DNA of 64,000 nucleotides from Candidatus Eiseniibacteriota bacterium (GCA_044223005.1 JBGAML010000020.1:28132-92131); one strand, 5' to 3'. Counted from the first letter of the stretch, positions 9,388 to 21,171 are shown. Numbers and translations: made by a program. The notes: a model not told the origin generated them from the letters alone.

Positions 9388-10173
9388 ATGTCCAATCGCA
9401 CGCTGTGGATCCTCTCGATCGTCCTCACCCTGGTGCTCGCCGTGTGGCAGCGCGTGAGCGGCCCGACCTTCCCGATCTACGGCAGCTCGACGCTCGCCGG
9501 CGCGCACTTCAAGTACAAGCTCGAGCGCACGCACGCGGGGCCGGGCGATCACGTCGTCCTCATCGCCCCCGGTGCGGGCACCGAGGGCACGCTCGAATGG
9601 CGCGAACACGTCGAGGGCGGCGACGGTGGATGGACGTCGCTCGACATGGCGCCGCGCTCGACGCGCGCCGATCTCGCGGCGCCGATTCCCCACCACGGAC
9701 CGGGACAGAAAGTCGACTACCGGGTCACGCTGCGCGCCGGCGAGGAGACGCTCGTGCTGCCGACGAAGGGCGTCGCGACGCTGCGCTTCCGCTCCGACGT
9801 GCCCGCGTGGGTGCTGATCCCCCACATCATCGCGATGATGGGCGCACTCATGCTCTCGGTGCGCGCCGCGCTCGAGTGCACGCAGCGCGCGCCGCAGCTC
9901 AAGTTCCTCACGCTGCGCACGCTCGCGGCGCTCTTCGTGGGCGGCTTCCTGCTCGGCTGCATGGTGAGCGGCTACGCATTCGGCCAGCCGTGGGGCGGCT
10001 TCCCGCTCGGCAACGACGCCACGGACAACAAGACGCTGCTCGCGTTCCTGGCGTGGCTGGTCGCGGGCGTGGCGGTGTTCCGCATGCGCAATCCGCGCGG
10101 GTTCGTGATCGCGGCCGCGGTGGTGACGCTGCTCGTCTACCTGGTGCCGCACAGCGTCACGATGCCGCGCTGA
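9388..10173 (+). CDS. Hypothetical membrane protein
   Basis: N-terminal TM, soluble domain, four C-terminal hydrophobic segments; W.GFP.G.D.TDNKTL motif; normal codon usage. Confidence 0.7.
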   Translation: MSNRTLWILSIVLTLVLAVWQRVSGPTFPIYGSSTLAGAHFKYKLERTHAGPGDHVVLIAPGAGTEGTLEWREHVEGGDGGWTSLDMAPRSTRADLAAPIPHHGPGQKVDYRVTLRAGEETLVLPTKGVATLRFRSDVPAWVLIPHIIAMMGALMLSVRAALECTQRAPQLKFLTLRTLAALFVGGFLLGCMVSGYAFGQPWGGFPLGNDATDNKTLLAFLAWLVAGVAVFRMRNPRGFVIAAAVVTLLVYLVPHSVTMPR

Positions 10174-10212
10174 CGGCCGCGCGGGGCGTCCCGGGACGTC
10201 CCGCGAACCGGC

Positions 10213-11145
10213 TCAGGAGTTGCGGCCCGCGCCGCGGTCGAGCCCCACGTCGTCCCACGACGCGGGGTCCTCGATCGATTCGAGGTGCGTGAGCACCGAG
10301 CAGTTCGGCACCGCGGCGCGGATGTCGGCCTCGATCCGCTCGAGCAGCAGGTGGCCGTCGTGCACGCTCCACGCCCCCGGCACGAGCACGTGCACGCTCA
10401 CGAAGCGGCGGACGCCGGCCTGCCGCGTGCGCAGCGCGTGGAACTCGACGCCCTCGCCGCGCCAGCGTTCGAGCACCGCCTGCACGCCGCGCAGTTCGTC
10501 CGGCGGCACCGCGCGGTCCATGAGCCCGTGGACCGACTCGCGCACGATGCGCGTGCCCGTCCACACGATGTTGGCGGCGACGAGCAGCGCGACGATCGAA
10601 TCCAGCGGCCGCCAGCCGGTCCACGCGGTGAGTCCGACGCCCACGATGACGCCGACCGAGGTCCAGACGTCCGTCAGGAGGTGCTGGGCGTTCGCCTCGA
10701 GCGTGATCGACTGCTGACGGCGGCCGGTGCGCAGAAGCACCATCGCGACGCCGAGGTTGAGCAGCGAGGCGGCGGTCGACACCACCAGGCCGACGCCGAC
10801 CTGCTCGAGCGGCCGCGGGTGCAGCAGCCGGGCGAGCGCCGCCCAGGCGATGCTGGCCGCGGCGACGAGGATCAGCGTGCCTTCGACGCCACTCGAGAAG
10901 TACTCGGCCTTGCCGTGACCGTGCGGGTGCTCGTCGTCCTCGGGGCGCGCCGCGACCGTGAGCATCGCGAGGGCCATCAGCGCCCCCGCGAGGTTCACCA
11001 ACGACTCGAGCGCGTCCGAGAGCAGGCCCACCGAGCCGGTGAGTGCGTACGCGGCGCCCTTGAGCGCCATGGTCGCGATCGCGGCGGCGATCGACAACCA
11101 CGCGAAGCGGCGCAGGTCCGCTCGGTCGGCGAGACCGGTGTTCAT
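10213..11145 (-). CDS. Cation diffusion facilitator transporter
   Basis: [33 protein letters not shown]-terminal HLES. Confidence 0.92.
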   Translation of the reverse strand: MNTGLADRADLRRFAWLSIAAAIATMALKGAAYALTGSVGLLSDALESLVNLAGALMALAMLTVAARPEDDEHPHGHGKAEYFSSGVEGTLILVAAASIAWAALARLLHPRPLEQVGVGLVVSTAASLLNLGVAMVLLRTGRRQQSITLEANAQHLLTDVWTSVGVIVGVGLTAWTGWRPLDSIVALLVAANIVWTGTRIVRESVHGLMDRAVPPDELRGVQAVLERWRGEGVEFHALRTRQAGVRRFVSVHVLVPGAWSVHDGHLLLERIEADIRAAVPNCSVLTHLESIEDPASWDDVGLDRGAGRNS

Positions 11146-11167
11146 GAGGATGCGTCCGGCAGGGCTC

Positions 11168-12814
11168 CTACTTCGAGCCCTTGCCTTCCGCCTTCTTCTT
11201 CGCCTCTTCCATCGCCTTGCGCAGTGCCAGCGCCATCACGGTCGGCTCGTTCGGCGACGTCGGCGTCGACCACGACTGCGGCCCGCGCTCCTCGCGCCCA
11301 CCGCGACCGCCACGGCCTCCGCGTCCACCCCGATCCCCGCGATCGCCGCGGTCCCCGCGCTCGCCGCCCCGGGCGGGACGATCCGAACGCTCCGGACGCG
11401 GTGCGCGCTCCTCGACGACCGGCGTCGCGCCCTCGAGCCGGAGGCGCAGCTTGCCCTCCTTGCTCTCGAGGATCTCGACGCGCACCGGCTTGCCGACGGC
11501 GAAGTGCTGGGCGAGGTCGGTGCCGCGCGGGAAGCCCGTCTCCTCGCGCGGCATCAGGCCGCTCGCGCGCGCGCCGAGCTCGGGCAGGTCCACGAACACG
11601 CCGAACGGCTTGATGCTGCCGACGCGGCCTTCGACGATCTCGCCCACCTCGGGCGTGCGGGCCGGCGGCAGGCTGGCCGCGAGCGCCTCGCGCACGGAGA
11701 GCGCGATGCGCTTCTTGTCGGGCTCGACCGCCATCACCACCGCTTCGACGCTCTGGCCGGTCTTGAAGACCTCCTTCACGTGGACGACGCGGTGCAGCGC
11801 GGCCTGCGACACGTGCACGAGCCCGTCGATGCCGGGCTCGAGCGACACGAACGCGCCGAACTCGGTCATGCGCGCCACCGTCCCGGTCACGCGCGCGCCG
11901 GGCGCATAGCGCGCCTCGATGCCCGCCCACGGATCCGGAGCGATCGCCTTGATCGAGAGCGCGAGCTTGGGCCGGCCTTCCTTGCCCGTCGTGATCTTGA
12001 GGATCTTCACGCGGACCGTCTCGCCTTCCTTGAGGACCTGGCGCGGATGGCCGACGTGCGTGTGGCTGATCTCGGACACGTGCACGAGGCCGTCGACGCC
12101 ACCGAGGTCGATGAACGCTCCGAACGCCTCGAGCTTGCGGACCTTGCCCTCGCGCTCGTCACCCGCCTGCAGCGTCGCGAGCAGCTGCTTGCCGGCTGCC
12201 GAGCTCTCGCGCTTGAGCAGCGCGCGCCGCGAGAGCACCGCGTTGCCGCGCCCCTCCTCGACCGACGTGACGAGGAACTCGAGCGTACGGCCGACGTAGC
12301 TCGACGGGTCGGCGCAGAAGCCGAGTTCGATCTGCGACATGGGGCAGAAGCCGCGCACGCCGGAGAGATCGACGGCGAGTCCGCCGGAGTTCACGCTCGT
12401 GACCTTGCCCGACACCGGGGCGCCCGCGGCCTGCGCCTCGCGCAGCTGGCCGAGCGCCGCCTTCGGCTCCGTGCGCACCGTGGGCGCGAGCACGACCGAA
12501 TCGCCGGCGTCCACGACGAACAGATCGACCTCGTCGCCCACCGCGATGCGGAGCGAGCCGTCGTCGTTGCGGAAGTGCTTCGTCTCGACGGCGCCTTCGC
12601 TGCGGCCCCCGAAGTCCACGAGGGCGTTCTCGTCACCGATCGAGACGACGCGCCCGTGGACCTTCGTGCCGACGGCGACGTCGGCGTCCGCCGCCGCCGC
12701 CGGTGCCGACTGGTCGAACTCCTGGAGGGCGCGGGCGAATTCCTCCGAGGGGCGTTCGGCGTCCACTTCGGCTTCGGTGGGGGTCGGATCGATCGGGGGC
12801 GTGTCGTGCGACAT
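11168..12814 (-). CDS. Ribosomal protein S1-like multi-S1-domain RNA-binding protein
   Basis: Repeated [15 protein letters not shown]1 motifs, [10 protein letters not shown]-rich tail; ATG 12814 after GAGG. Confidence 0.85.
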   Translation of the reverse strand: MSHDTPPIDPTPTEAEVDAERPSEEFARALQEFDQSAPAAAADADVAVGTKVHGRVVSIGDENALVDFGGRSEGAVETKHFRNDDGSLRIAVGDEVDLFVVDAGDSVVLAPTVRTEPKAALGQLREAQAAGAPVSGKVTSVNSGGLAVDLSGVRGFCPMSQIELGFCADPSSYVGRTLEFLVTSVEEGRGNAVLSRRALLKRESSAAGKQLLATLQAGDEREGKVRKLEAFGAFIDLGGVDGLVHVSEISHTHVGHPRQVLKEGETVRVKILKITTGKEGRPKLALSIKAIAPDPWAGIEARYAPGARVTGTVARMTEFGAFVSLEPGIDGLVHVSQAALHRVVHVKEVFKTGQSVEAVVMAVEPDKKRIALSVREALAASLPPARTPEVGEIVEGRVGSIKPFGVFVDLPELGARASGLMPREETGFPRGTDLAQHFAVGKPVRVEILESKEGKLRLRLEGATPVVEERAPRPERSDRPARGGERGDRGDRGDRGGRGGRGGRGGREERGPQSWSTPTSPNEPTVMALALRKAMEEAKKKAEGKGSK

Positions 12815-13031
12815 GGACGGGCCTGCCTCTTCCGGATGTGGGCGACGAGCGCGGCGAGCACGCGCCCCAATGCGGGGCGCCGTCACAGCGAGGTGAAGAT
12901 TCGGAGCGACAAGGGTGCCGCAGGAACCGTGTTTCCCGCAAGTCGTCTAGTATGCTGTCGACACGGGGCGTCCGGCCGCCCGGCTGAGCGCCCATGAAAC
13001 ACCGCGAAGACCAATCCCGGGGCTCCCCGTC

Positions 13032-14228
13032 ATGCCGTCGATCCTGCCCTTGCCATACCGCGCCACCGCCGCGCTCGTCCTCGCCGGGGCGCTGATCCTG
13101 CCCGCCGCCGGCTGCGCCAAGAAGGCCCCCCCGCGCTCGAATCGCGTCCCGGTCACGGTGGCGCGTGTCGAAAAGCGCTCGATGCCTTACGCCATCCTGG
13201 CCTCGGGCACCGTCGAACCCATCCAGACCGCCTCGGTCGGCTCGCAGGTCGGGGGCGTCGTGACCCGGATCCTGTTCCACGAGGGCCAGGACGTCCGGGC
13301 CGGTGCGCCGCTCATCGCGCTCGATTCCCGTCCGTTCCAGGCCTCGCTGGCCCAGGCGAACGCGGCGCTGGCACGCGACCGCGCGCAGGCCACGACCGCC
13401 CGGCTCGACGCCGAGCGCGCCGAGAAGCTCTTCCAGCAGAACCTGCTCGCGCAGGCCGACTGGGACGCCAAGCGCGCCGCGTGGGAAGCGCTGCGAGCCA
13501 CCGTGCAGGCGGATTCGGCGCTCGTCGACCAGGCGCGGCTCTCGCTCGACTACGCGACCATCCGCGCGCCCATCTCGGGCCGCACCGGGGTGCTCAACGT
13601 GCACGTCGGCGACTACGTGAAGTCGGCGACCAGCGATCCGCTCGTCACCGTGAACCAGGTGCGCCCGATCTACGTGCGCTTCACCGTCTCCGAGGACGAC
13701 CGGCCCGCGGTCCAGCGCGTCCGCGACCAGCGCCCGACCGTGCTGGTGCGCCCGAGCGAGGACGACAGCGTCGAGATCGCCGGCAAGCTCGTGTTCGTCG
13801 ACAACGCGGTCGATCCCGCGACCGGCACGCTCACGCTCAAGGCCGAGTTCCCGAACGCGGACGGCCGGCTCTGGCCGGGCGAGTTCGTCGAGGTGCGGCT
13901 CGTGCTGCAGGTGCAGCACGACGCGATCGTCGTGCCCGCGCCGGCGGTGAACAACGGCCAGCAGGGCACCTACGTCTACGTGATGAACCCGGATTCCTCG
14001 GCGACCTCCAAGCCGGTACAGGTCCTGCGCTCGGACGACGCGCTGGCCGTGATCGCGAGCGGGCTCGAGCCCGGCGAGATCGTGGTCACCGACGGGCAGT
14101 TCCGCATCTCCCCCGGCGCGCATCTCGTCGTACGCGCGCCGGTTGCGAAACGCGGGGCGCCGGGCGCCGGTACGGGCGGCGCGGCGCAGGCGTCGGCCGG
14201 CCGGCCGGGCGGTCACGGCAAGCCATGA
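13032..14228 (+). CDS. RND efflux periplasmic adaptor (MdtA-like)
   Basis: Lipoprotein-like AAGC, IRAPISGRTG, VDPATGTL, LWPGEFV. Confidence 0.9.
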   Translation: MPSILPLPYRATAALVLAGALILPAAGCAKKAPPRSNRVPVTVARVEKRSMPYAILASGTVEPIQTASVGSQVGGVVTRILFHEGQDVRAGAPLIALDSRPFQASLAQANAALARDRAQATTARLDAERAEKLFQQNLLAQADWDAKRAAWEALRATVQADSALVDQARLSLDYATIRAPISGRTGVLNVHVGDYVKSATSDPLVTVNQVRPIYVRFTVSEDDRPAVQRVRDQRPTVLVRPSEDDSVEIAGKLVFVDNAVDPATGTLTLKAEFPNADGRLWPGEFVEVRLVLQVQHDAIVVPAPAVNNGQQGTYVYVMNPDSSATSKPVQVLRSDDALAVIASGLEPGEIVVTDGQFRISPGAHLVVRAPVAKRGAPGAGTGGAAQASAGRPGGHGKP

Positions 14229-17200
14229 ACCTGTCCGACATCTTCATCCGCCGGCCGATCGCCACCACGCTCGTGATGGTGGGGATCCTGATCTTCGGCA
14301 TCGTGGGCTACACCCAACTGCCGGTCTCCGACCTGCCCAACGTCGACTACCCGATCATCTCGGTGAACGCCGGCCTCGCCGGCGCCTCCCCGGAGACGAT
14401 GGCGTCCGCGGTCGCGACGCCGCTGGAGAAGCAGTTCTCCACGATCCCCGGGCTCGACGTGATGACGTCTTCGTCGACGCAGGGCCAGACCAGCATCACG
14501 CTGCAGTTCGCGCTGGACCGCAGCATCGACGCCGCCGCGCAGGACGTGCAGGCCGCGATCGCCCAGACGCTGCGGCGGCTGCCCACCGGCATCACGCCGC
14601 CGTCGTACCAGAAGGTGAACCCGGCCGATTCGCCGATCGTCTTCTACGCGCTCTCCTCCAAGCAGATGTCACTGTCCAAGCTGGACGACTACGCGGAGAA
14701 CTTCCTCGCGCAGCGCCTCTCCATGGTCAACGGCGTCGCGCAGGTGCAGGTCTTCGGCGCGCAGAAGTACGCGGTGCGGGTGCAGCTGAACCCGCACGCC
14801 CTGAACGCGCTCGGCGTCGGCATCGACGAGGTCTCGGCGGCGATCAACGCCGGCAACGTCAACCTGCCGACCGGCATTCTCTGGGGCCGCAACCGCACGG
14901 CGACCGTGCAGGCCAACGGACAGCTCGGAAACGCGAAGGACTTCGGCGACCTCGTGGTCGCGTGGCGCAACGGCGCCCCGGTGCGCGTCCGCGACCTCGG
15001 GCAGGTGATCGACGACGTGCAGAACAACCGCGTCGCGAGCTGGGTGCACGGCGATCGCGCGATGGTGCTGGCGATCCAGCGCCAGCCAGGCACCAACACC
15101 GTCGAGGTCGCCGACCGCGTGCAGGACCTGATCGACCGGCTGCAGCCGCAGCTGCCGGCGTCGGTGTCGATCAACCGGCTCTACGACCGCTCGGTCTCGA
15201 TCCGCAACTCGGTGAAGGACGTCCAGTTCACGCTGCTGCTGACGTTCGCGCTCGTCGTGATGGTGATCTTCCTGTTCCTCAAGAACCTCCCCGCGACGAT
15301 CATCCCGAGCCTCGCGCTGCCGCTGTCGGTCGTCGGCACGTTCGCGGTGATGAACCGGCTCGGGTACAACCTCGACAACCTCTCGCTGATGGCATTGACG
15401 CTGTCGGTCGGGTTCGTCGTGGACGACGCGATCGTGATGCTGGAGAACATCCACCGGCACATGGAGATGGGAAAGCCCGCGATGCAGGCGGCGCTCGACG
15501 GCTCGCGCGAGATCGGCTTCACCATCCTCTCCATGACGCTCTCGCTCGTCGCCGTGTTCATCCCCGTGCTGCTGATGGGCGGCCTGCTCGGGCGGCTGTT
15601 CCACGAGTTCGCGGTCACGATCTCGGCCTCGATCCTGGTGTCGGGCTTCGTCTCGCTGACGCTGACGCCCATGCTGTGCAGCCGGTTCCTCAAGGCCGAG
15701 CACGCGCAGCAGCACGGCCGCGCCTACGTGGCGATCGAGGACGTCTACCAGCGGATCCTGAAGGCGTACGAGCGCTCGCTCGCGTGGGTCATGGACCACC
15801 GGCGCGCGGCCCTCGTCTTCTCGGTCGCCATCCTCGCCGGCACCGTGATGCTGTTCCGGATCGTGCCCAAGGGCTTCATCCCGAGCGAGGACACCGGCCA
15901 GCTGCAGTGCACCACCGAAGCGGCCGAGGGCACCGCCTTCGAGGCGATGATGGAGCACCAGAAGCAGGTCGCCGCGATCGTGCAGCAGGATCCCAACGTG
16001 ATGGACTTCATGTCCACTGCGGGCGGCGGCGGCGTGAGCTCGACCAACCAGGGCCGGCTCTTCATCCGGCTCAAGCCGCGCAACCAGCGCAAGCTCTCCG
16101 CGGACGAGGTCATCCGCGAGCTGGGCCCCAAGCTCTCGCGCGTGCCCGGCATCCGCTGCTACCTCGTGAACCCGCCCGTGATCAGCGTCGGCGGCCGCGT
16201 GGCGAAGAGCCAGTACCAGTTCACGCTGCAGAGCACCGACCTCGCCACGCTCTACGACGGCGCCACCGCGCTGCTGCAGCGCCTGCAGCAAGACGCCGCG
16301 CTCCAGGACGTGACGAGCGACCTGCAGATCCGCAATCCCCAGGTGCAGGTCGCGATCGACCGCGATCGCGCCGCGGCGCTCGGCGTGACGGCGCTGCAGA
16401 TCGAGCAGGCGCTCTACAGCGCTTACGGCTCGTCGCAGATCTCGACCATCTACACCCCCAACGACCAGTACTGGGTGATCATGGAGCTCATGCCCCAGTA
16501 CCAGCGCGACCCCACCGCGCTGTCGCTGCTCTCCGTGCGCTCGAAGACCGGCTCGCTGGTGCCGCTGGGCTCGGTCGCGCGGCTCACCGCCACGGTCGGA
16601 CCGCTGTCGGTGAACCACGCCGGCCAGATTCCCGCCGTGACGCTGTCCTTCAACCTGCGCCCGGGCGTGGCGCTGGGCGAGGGCACGGCGGCGGTCGAGA
16701 AGGCCGCGCGCGAGGTGCTCCCGGCCAGCATCAGCACGAACTTCTTCGGCACCGCGCAGGTGTTCCAGTCGAGCCAGCAGGGCCTGCTCGCGCTGCTCGT
16801 GCTCGCCGTGCTCGTCATCTACCTCGTGCTGGGCGTGCTCTACGAGAGCTTCATCCACCCGCTGACGATTCTCTCGGGGCTGCCGTTCGCGGGGTTCGGC
16901 GCACTGCTCACGCTGCTCGTGTTCCGCACCGACCTCAGCATCTACGCGTTCGTCGGCATCATCATGCTGATCGGACTCGTGAAGAAGAACGCGATCATGA
17001 TGATCGACTTCGCGCTGGACGCCGAGCGCAACGAGGGCAAGTCGCCGCGCGAGGCGATCCTCGACGCGTGCTCGGTGCGCTTCCGCCCGATCATGATGAC
17101 CACGATGGCCGCGCTCATGGGCACGCTGCCGATCGCCGTCGGCTTCGGCGCCGGCGCCGAGTCGCGGCGGCCGCTGGGCCTCGCGGTCGTGGGCGGCCTC

Positions 17201-17341
17201 GCCGTCTCGCAGTTGATCACGCTCTACGTGACGCCCGTGTTCTACACGTACCTCGACGGCCTGCAGAAGCGGCTCGCGCGCCGGAAGGCGCCGGCCGGCG
17301 CGGCCGTCCCGGCGAACGCGAGCGCGCCCGCGCGTCACTGA
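14225..17341 (+). CDS. RND efflux permease (MdtB/MdtC-like)
   Basis: FIRRPIATTL, GFVVDDAIVMLENI, KKNAIMMIDFA, RFRPIMMTT; ATGA overlap with the adaptor. Confidence 0.93.
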   Translation: MNLSDIFIRRPIATTLVMVGILIFGIVGYTQLPVSDLPNVDYPIISVNAGLAGASPETMASAVATPLEKQFSTIPGLDVMTSSSTQGQTSITLQFALDRSIDAAAQDVQAAIAQTLRRLPTGITPPSYQKVNPADSPIVFYALSSKQMSLSKLDDYAENFLAQRLSMVNGVAQVQVFGAQKYAVRVQLNPHALNALGVGIDEVSAAINAGNVNLPTGILWGRNRTATVQANGQLGNAKDFGDLVVAWRNGAPVRVRDLGQVIDDVQNNRVASWVHGDRAMVLAIQRQPGTNTVEVADRVQDLIDRLQPQLPASVSINRLYDRSVSIRNSVKDVQFTLLLTFALVVMVIFLFLKNLPATIIPSLALPLSVVGTFAVMNRLGYNLDNLSLMALTLSVGFVVDDAIVMLENIHRHMEMGKPAMQAALDGSREIGFTILSMTLSLVAVFIPVLLMGGLLGRLFHEFAVTISASILVSGFVSLTLTPMLCSRFLKAEHAQQHGRAYVAIEDVYQRILKAYERSLAWVMDHRRAALVFSVAILAGTVMLFRIVPKGFIPSEDTGQLQCTTEAAEGTAFEAMMEHQKQVAAIVQQDPNVMDFMSTAGGGGVSSTNQGRLFIRLKPRNQRKLSADEVIRELGPKLSRVPGIRCYLVNPPVISVGGRVAKSQYQFTLQSTDLATLYDGATALLQRLQQDAALQDVTSDLQIRNPQVQVAIDRDRAAALGVTALQIEQALYSAYGSSQISTIYTPNDQYWVIMELMPQYQRDPTALSLLSVRSKTGSLVPLGSVARLTATVGPLSVNHAGQIPAVTLSFNLRPGVALGEGTAAVEKAAREVLPASISTNFFGTAQVFQSSQQGLLALLVLAVLVIYLVLGVLYESFIHPLTILSGLPFAGFGALLTLLVFRTDLSIYAFVGIIMLIGLVKKNAIMMIDFALDAERNEGKSPREAILDACSVRFRPIMMTTMAALMGTLPIAVGFGAGAESRRPLGLAVVGGLAVSQLITLYVTPVFYTYLDGLQKRLARRKAPAGAAVPANASAPARH

Positions 17342-17369
17342 CGCGCGGCGGCGGAGACCGGTGCGGGCT

Positions 17370-18140
17370 TCAGATGCCCGCGCCGGCCTCCAGCTCCGGA
17401 GCGGTCGCGCGCGCGTCGGCGGCGTCCGTGGCCATGGCCCGGAACGCCTCCTCGATGTCGGCGCGCGTGAGCCCGCGCGGCAGCACGATCTCGACCGGCT
17501 GCTGGCGCAGCGCCGCCACCTCGCGCGCGAGGCCCTGCACCTGCTCGTGGAGCGCGGTGATCGCACGCGCCGTGGGATCGGGCAGCCGGTTGTGCTCGAG
17601 TTCGTGGCCGGGCCGCTGCTCCTCGGACGGCTTTTCCTCGAGCACCCGCCCGGGAATGCCGACGATCGTCGAGTGCGGCGGCGACGACTTGATCACCACG
17701 GACCCGGAGCCCACGCGCGTGTGCGCCCCAAGCGTGATGGCGCCGAGCACCTTGGCGCCCGAGCCCACGACCACGTGCGGCTCCAGCGTCGGGTGGCGCT
17801 TGCCCGGCGACAGCGACGTGCCGCCGAGCGTCACGCCCTGGTAGATGAGGCAGTCGTCCCCCACCTCGGCCGTCTCGCCGATCACGACGCCCATGCCGTG
17901 GTCGATGAACACGCGCCGCCCGATGCGGGCGCCGGGGTGGATCTCGATGCCGGTCCAGAAGCGCGTCCACTGCGAGAGCAGCCGGGGCAGCACCGGCACG
18001 CGCCACCGCCACAGGCGGTGCGCGATCCGGTGCCCCCACAGCGCGTGCAGGCCGGGATAGCAGAGCAGGATCTCGAGCGCGTTCCGTGCGGCGGGATCCT
18101 TCCGCCGCACGGTGCGCAGGTCTTCGACGAGGCGGAACAC
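17370..18140 (-). CDS. cysE: Serine O-acetyltransferase
   Basis: [52 protein letters not shown] start after AGGAG. Confidence 0.93.
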   Translation of the reverse strand: MFRLVEDLRTVRRKDPAARNALEILLCYPGLHALWGHRIAHRLWRWRVPVLPRLLSQWTRFWTGIEIHPGARIGRRVFIDHGMGVVIGETAEVGDDCLIYQGVTLGGTSLSPGKRHPTLEPHVVVGSGAKVLGAITLGAHTRVGSGSVVIKSSPPHSTIVGIPGRVLEEKPSEEQRPGHELEHNRLPDPTARAITALHEQVQGLAREVAALRQQPVEIVLPRGLTRADIEEAFRAMATDAADARATAPELEAGAGI

Positions 18141-18154
18141 GTTCGGCTCCTTTC

Positions 18155-19108
<954 letters not shown>

Positions 19109-19154
19109 GCCAGGCTCCTCGGTGGGTGTGCGACGGAGCGGACCGGAAATGCGA

Positions 19155-19193
19155 AAGGCAGCCGTCCGTCGCGGGTGCGATGACGGCTGCCTT
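19155..19193 (-). terminator. Attenuator terminator in the cysK leader
   Basis: Minus strand AAGGCAGCCGTC-N15-GACGGCTGCCTT followed by TCGCATTT, between the leader stop and the cysK RBS. Confidence 0.7.
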
Positions 19194-19215
19194 CTCGTCG
19201 GCGAATCGGTGCGCG

Positions 19216-19305
19216 TCAGGCCATGCGCAGCGGAGTCGCGAACGGGAGGCTTCCGCCTCGCCCGCGACAACAACAGGTCCGCAGCATGGAATCGGGACGC
19301 GTCAT
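19216..19305 (-). CDS. Cys-rich leader peptide [29 protein letters not shown]
   Basis: 29-aa sORF with TGT TGT TGT (19267-19275) directly upstream of cysK-cysE; extended -10 TGaTAGGAT at 19316-19324; alternative ATG at 19287. Confidence 0.75.
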   Translation of the reverse strand: MTRPDSMLRTCCCRGRGGSLPFATPLRMA

Positions 19306-19365
19306 GGCAGGAACGATCCTATCACGGTGCGCGCCGCACGCCGCGGCGGAAATGCCGTGTCGCGG

Positions 19366-19926
19366 TCACGCATGCGAAGCGCCCGCGGCATCCGGCTTGA
19401 GTTTCGGGGCCCAGCGCGCCCGCAGCTTGGCGAGCTTGGGCGAGATCACCGCCCGGCAGTACGGCTGGCCGGAGTTGCGGCGGTAGTGGCCCTGGTGACC
19501 GGCGTCGGCCGGGAGGAACTGCTCGAACGGGACGATCTCGGTCACGATCGGGTCGGACCACGTCCCCTCGGCCGTGAGCTCGGCGATCGCCGCGCGGGCG
19601 GCGCGTTCCTGCTCGGGCGAATGGAAGAAGATGGCCGACCGGTACTGGGTGCCGACATCGGCGCCCTGGCGGTTCAGCGTCGTCGGGTCGTGGATCGTGA
19701 AGAAGACGGCCAGCAGGTCGGCGTACGAGATCACGTCCGGGTCGAAGGTGACCTGGACCACTTCGGCATGGCCGCTGCGGCCTTCACAGACCTCGCGGTA
19801 CGTGGTCACGCGCGGGTCCCCGCCTGCGAACCCGGACTGGACGCCATGAACGCCCTGGAGGGCTTCGTAGGCCGCCTCGAGGCACCAGAAGCAGCCGCCG
19901 GCGAGTGTCGCGATCTCGTTTTTCAT
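19366..19926 (-). CDS. msrA: Peptide-methionine (S)-S-oxide reductase
   Basis: GGCFWC, GHAEVVQV, HDPTTLNRQGADVGTQYRS. Confidence 0.95.
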   Translation of the reverse strand: MKNEIATLAGGCFWCLEAAYEALQGVHGVQSGFAGGDPRVTTYREVCEGRSGHAEVVQVTFDPDVISYADLLAVFFTIHDPTTLNRQGADVGTQYRSAIFFHSPEQERAARAAIAELTAEGTWSDPIVTEIVPFEQFLPADAGHQGHYRRNSGQPYCRAVISPKLAKLRARWAPKLKPDAAGASHA

Positions 19927-19993
19927 GCCCGATTGGATGCGTCCGCCCGGCCGCGCGGTTCGGCCACGGGGTCACGCTCCTGCAAGAAAGACG

Positions 19994-20023
19994 CGGCGGC
20001 CGCTCCCGGAGGAGCGGCCGCCG
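19994..20023 (-). terminator. Intrinsic terminator after the 288-aa secreted protein
   Basis: CGGCGGCCGCTCC-cgga-GGAGCGGCCGCCG followed by CGTCTTTCTT on the minus strand. Confidence 0.7.
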
Positions 20024-20048
20024 TTCACTGCCGGATGCGGATTCGAGA

Positions 20049-20915
20049 CTAGCGGTACAGCGCCTTCATCGCGCCCCACGTGGTGGAGTGCGTCGGCGTC
20101 GACTGCAGGTTCTCGAACGTGATGTTCGACCACGTGCCCTTCATGTACGTGTCGAAGTTCGGGCCGTCGCTGATGACGCCGATGCCGCCGCCAGCGTACG
20201 CCGGGTTCAGGATGCCCCACAGACCGTGCGGCGGATCTTCGGCCGGGTTGCCCTGGTCGAGGAGCAGGTAGCCCGTGTTGTAGTCCGTGCCGCCGTACGT
20301 GAGGTAGAACTTCACGCGGCCGGGGTACAGGTCCGACGGGCCGGTCGGGCCGGAGATGTACTCCATGCCCAGGTGGATCGTCGTGCCCTTGACGTACGAA
20401 AGCGACGAGCCCCAGTAGTTCTGGGCCGCGGCCGGGTTCGTCCAGGTCACGAACGGCATGCGGCCACCGAACGCCGCGATTTCGCCACCACCGAAGCCGC
20501 CCTTGACGTTGATGCGGCCGTCCATCGGGTACCACCACGGAGCGATGTTGATGAAGGCCTCGGCGCCCTGCGCGCTGTTGCCGTCGATGACCATGTCCGT
20601 CGAGAAACGGAAGTTGTCATCGTTGTGCACCAGAGCGTCGGTCGAGCCACCGTCATCCGAGAAGCGCCAGAAGCTGTTGTTCATCCAGCCCGTGCACGGC
20701 AGGAACGAATCCTGGATCGCGACCGAGAACGGGTAGTTGCTGGTACCCGTCACGATGGACACGGGGCACTGGATCGTGGTCTCCCACGGCGCCATGTAGT
20801 GCAGCGTGAAGTGCACGTTGTTGGGGTTCGGCGCCAGGGCGTGAGCCGTGGTCGCGCCGAACACCAGCGTCGTGGCGGCGAGGAGCGCCAGGCTGTAGTA
20901 ACCGATCCGCTTCAT
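20049..20915 (-). CDS. Secreted hypothetical protein with C-terminal STTWGAMKALYR motif
   Basis: TAAGGAGG RBS, signal peptide ending AHA, aromatic/Gly-rich body, terminal TWGxxKxLYR. Confidence 0.8.
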   Translation of the reverse strand: MKRIGYYSLALLAATTLVFGATTAHALAPNPNNVHFTLHYMAPWETTIQCPVSIVTGTSNYPFSVAIQDSFLPCTGWMNNSFWRFSDDGGSTDALVHNDDNFRFSTDMVIDGNSAQGAEAFINIAPWWYPMDGRINVKGGFGGGEIAAFGGRMPFVTWTNPAAAQNYWGSSLSYVKGTTIHLGMEYISGPTGPSDLYPGRVKFYLTYGGTDYNTGYLLLDQGNPAEDPPHGLWGILNPAYAGGGIGVISDGPNFDTYMKGTWSNITFENLQSTPTHSTTWGAMKALYR

Positions 20916-21157
20916 GATTGGGGATCCTCCTTAGCGGGTGAGACTCGGGACTGCACGTTGCGGATCCTGCGGGAACGACTTCACTGCTGGCCTGCGTTGG
21001 ACTGCACTTCGAAGACACCATCCGGACTTTGTTCGGGTCCGACCTCCCCGTTGCATCCGGACCTCGTCGCGAGGCTCCCAACACCGCCGCGTCGACTTCG
21101 CGTGTCGTCGGAGTGCCGGCCGCGCACGCGGTCGTGTGGACCGCAGTCGGCCTTCGG

Positions 21158-21171
21158 TGAAAACGATTACA
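21158..21171. promoter_or_regulatory. LacI-type operator 1 (TGAAAACGATTACA)
   Basis: Imperfect palindrome with central CG; identical to 37528-37541; TTGACG hexamer 15 nt upstream on the minus strand. Confidence 0.7.
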
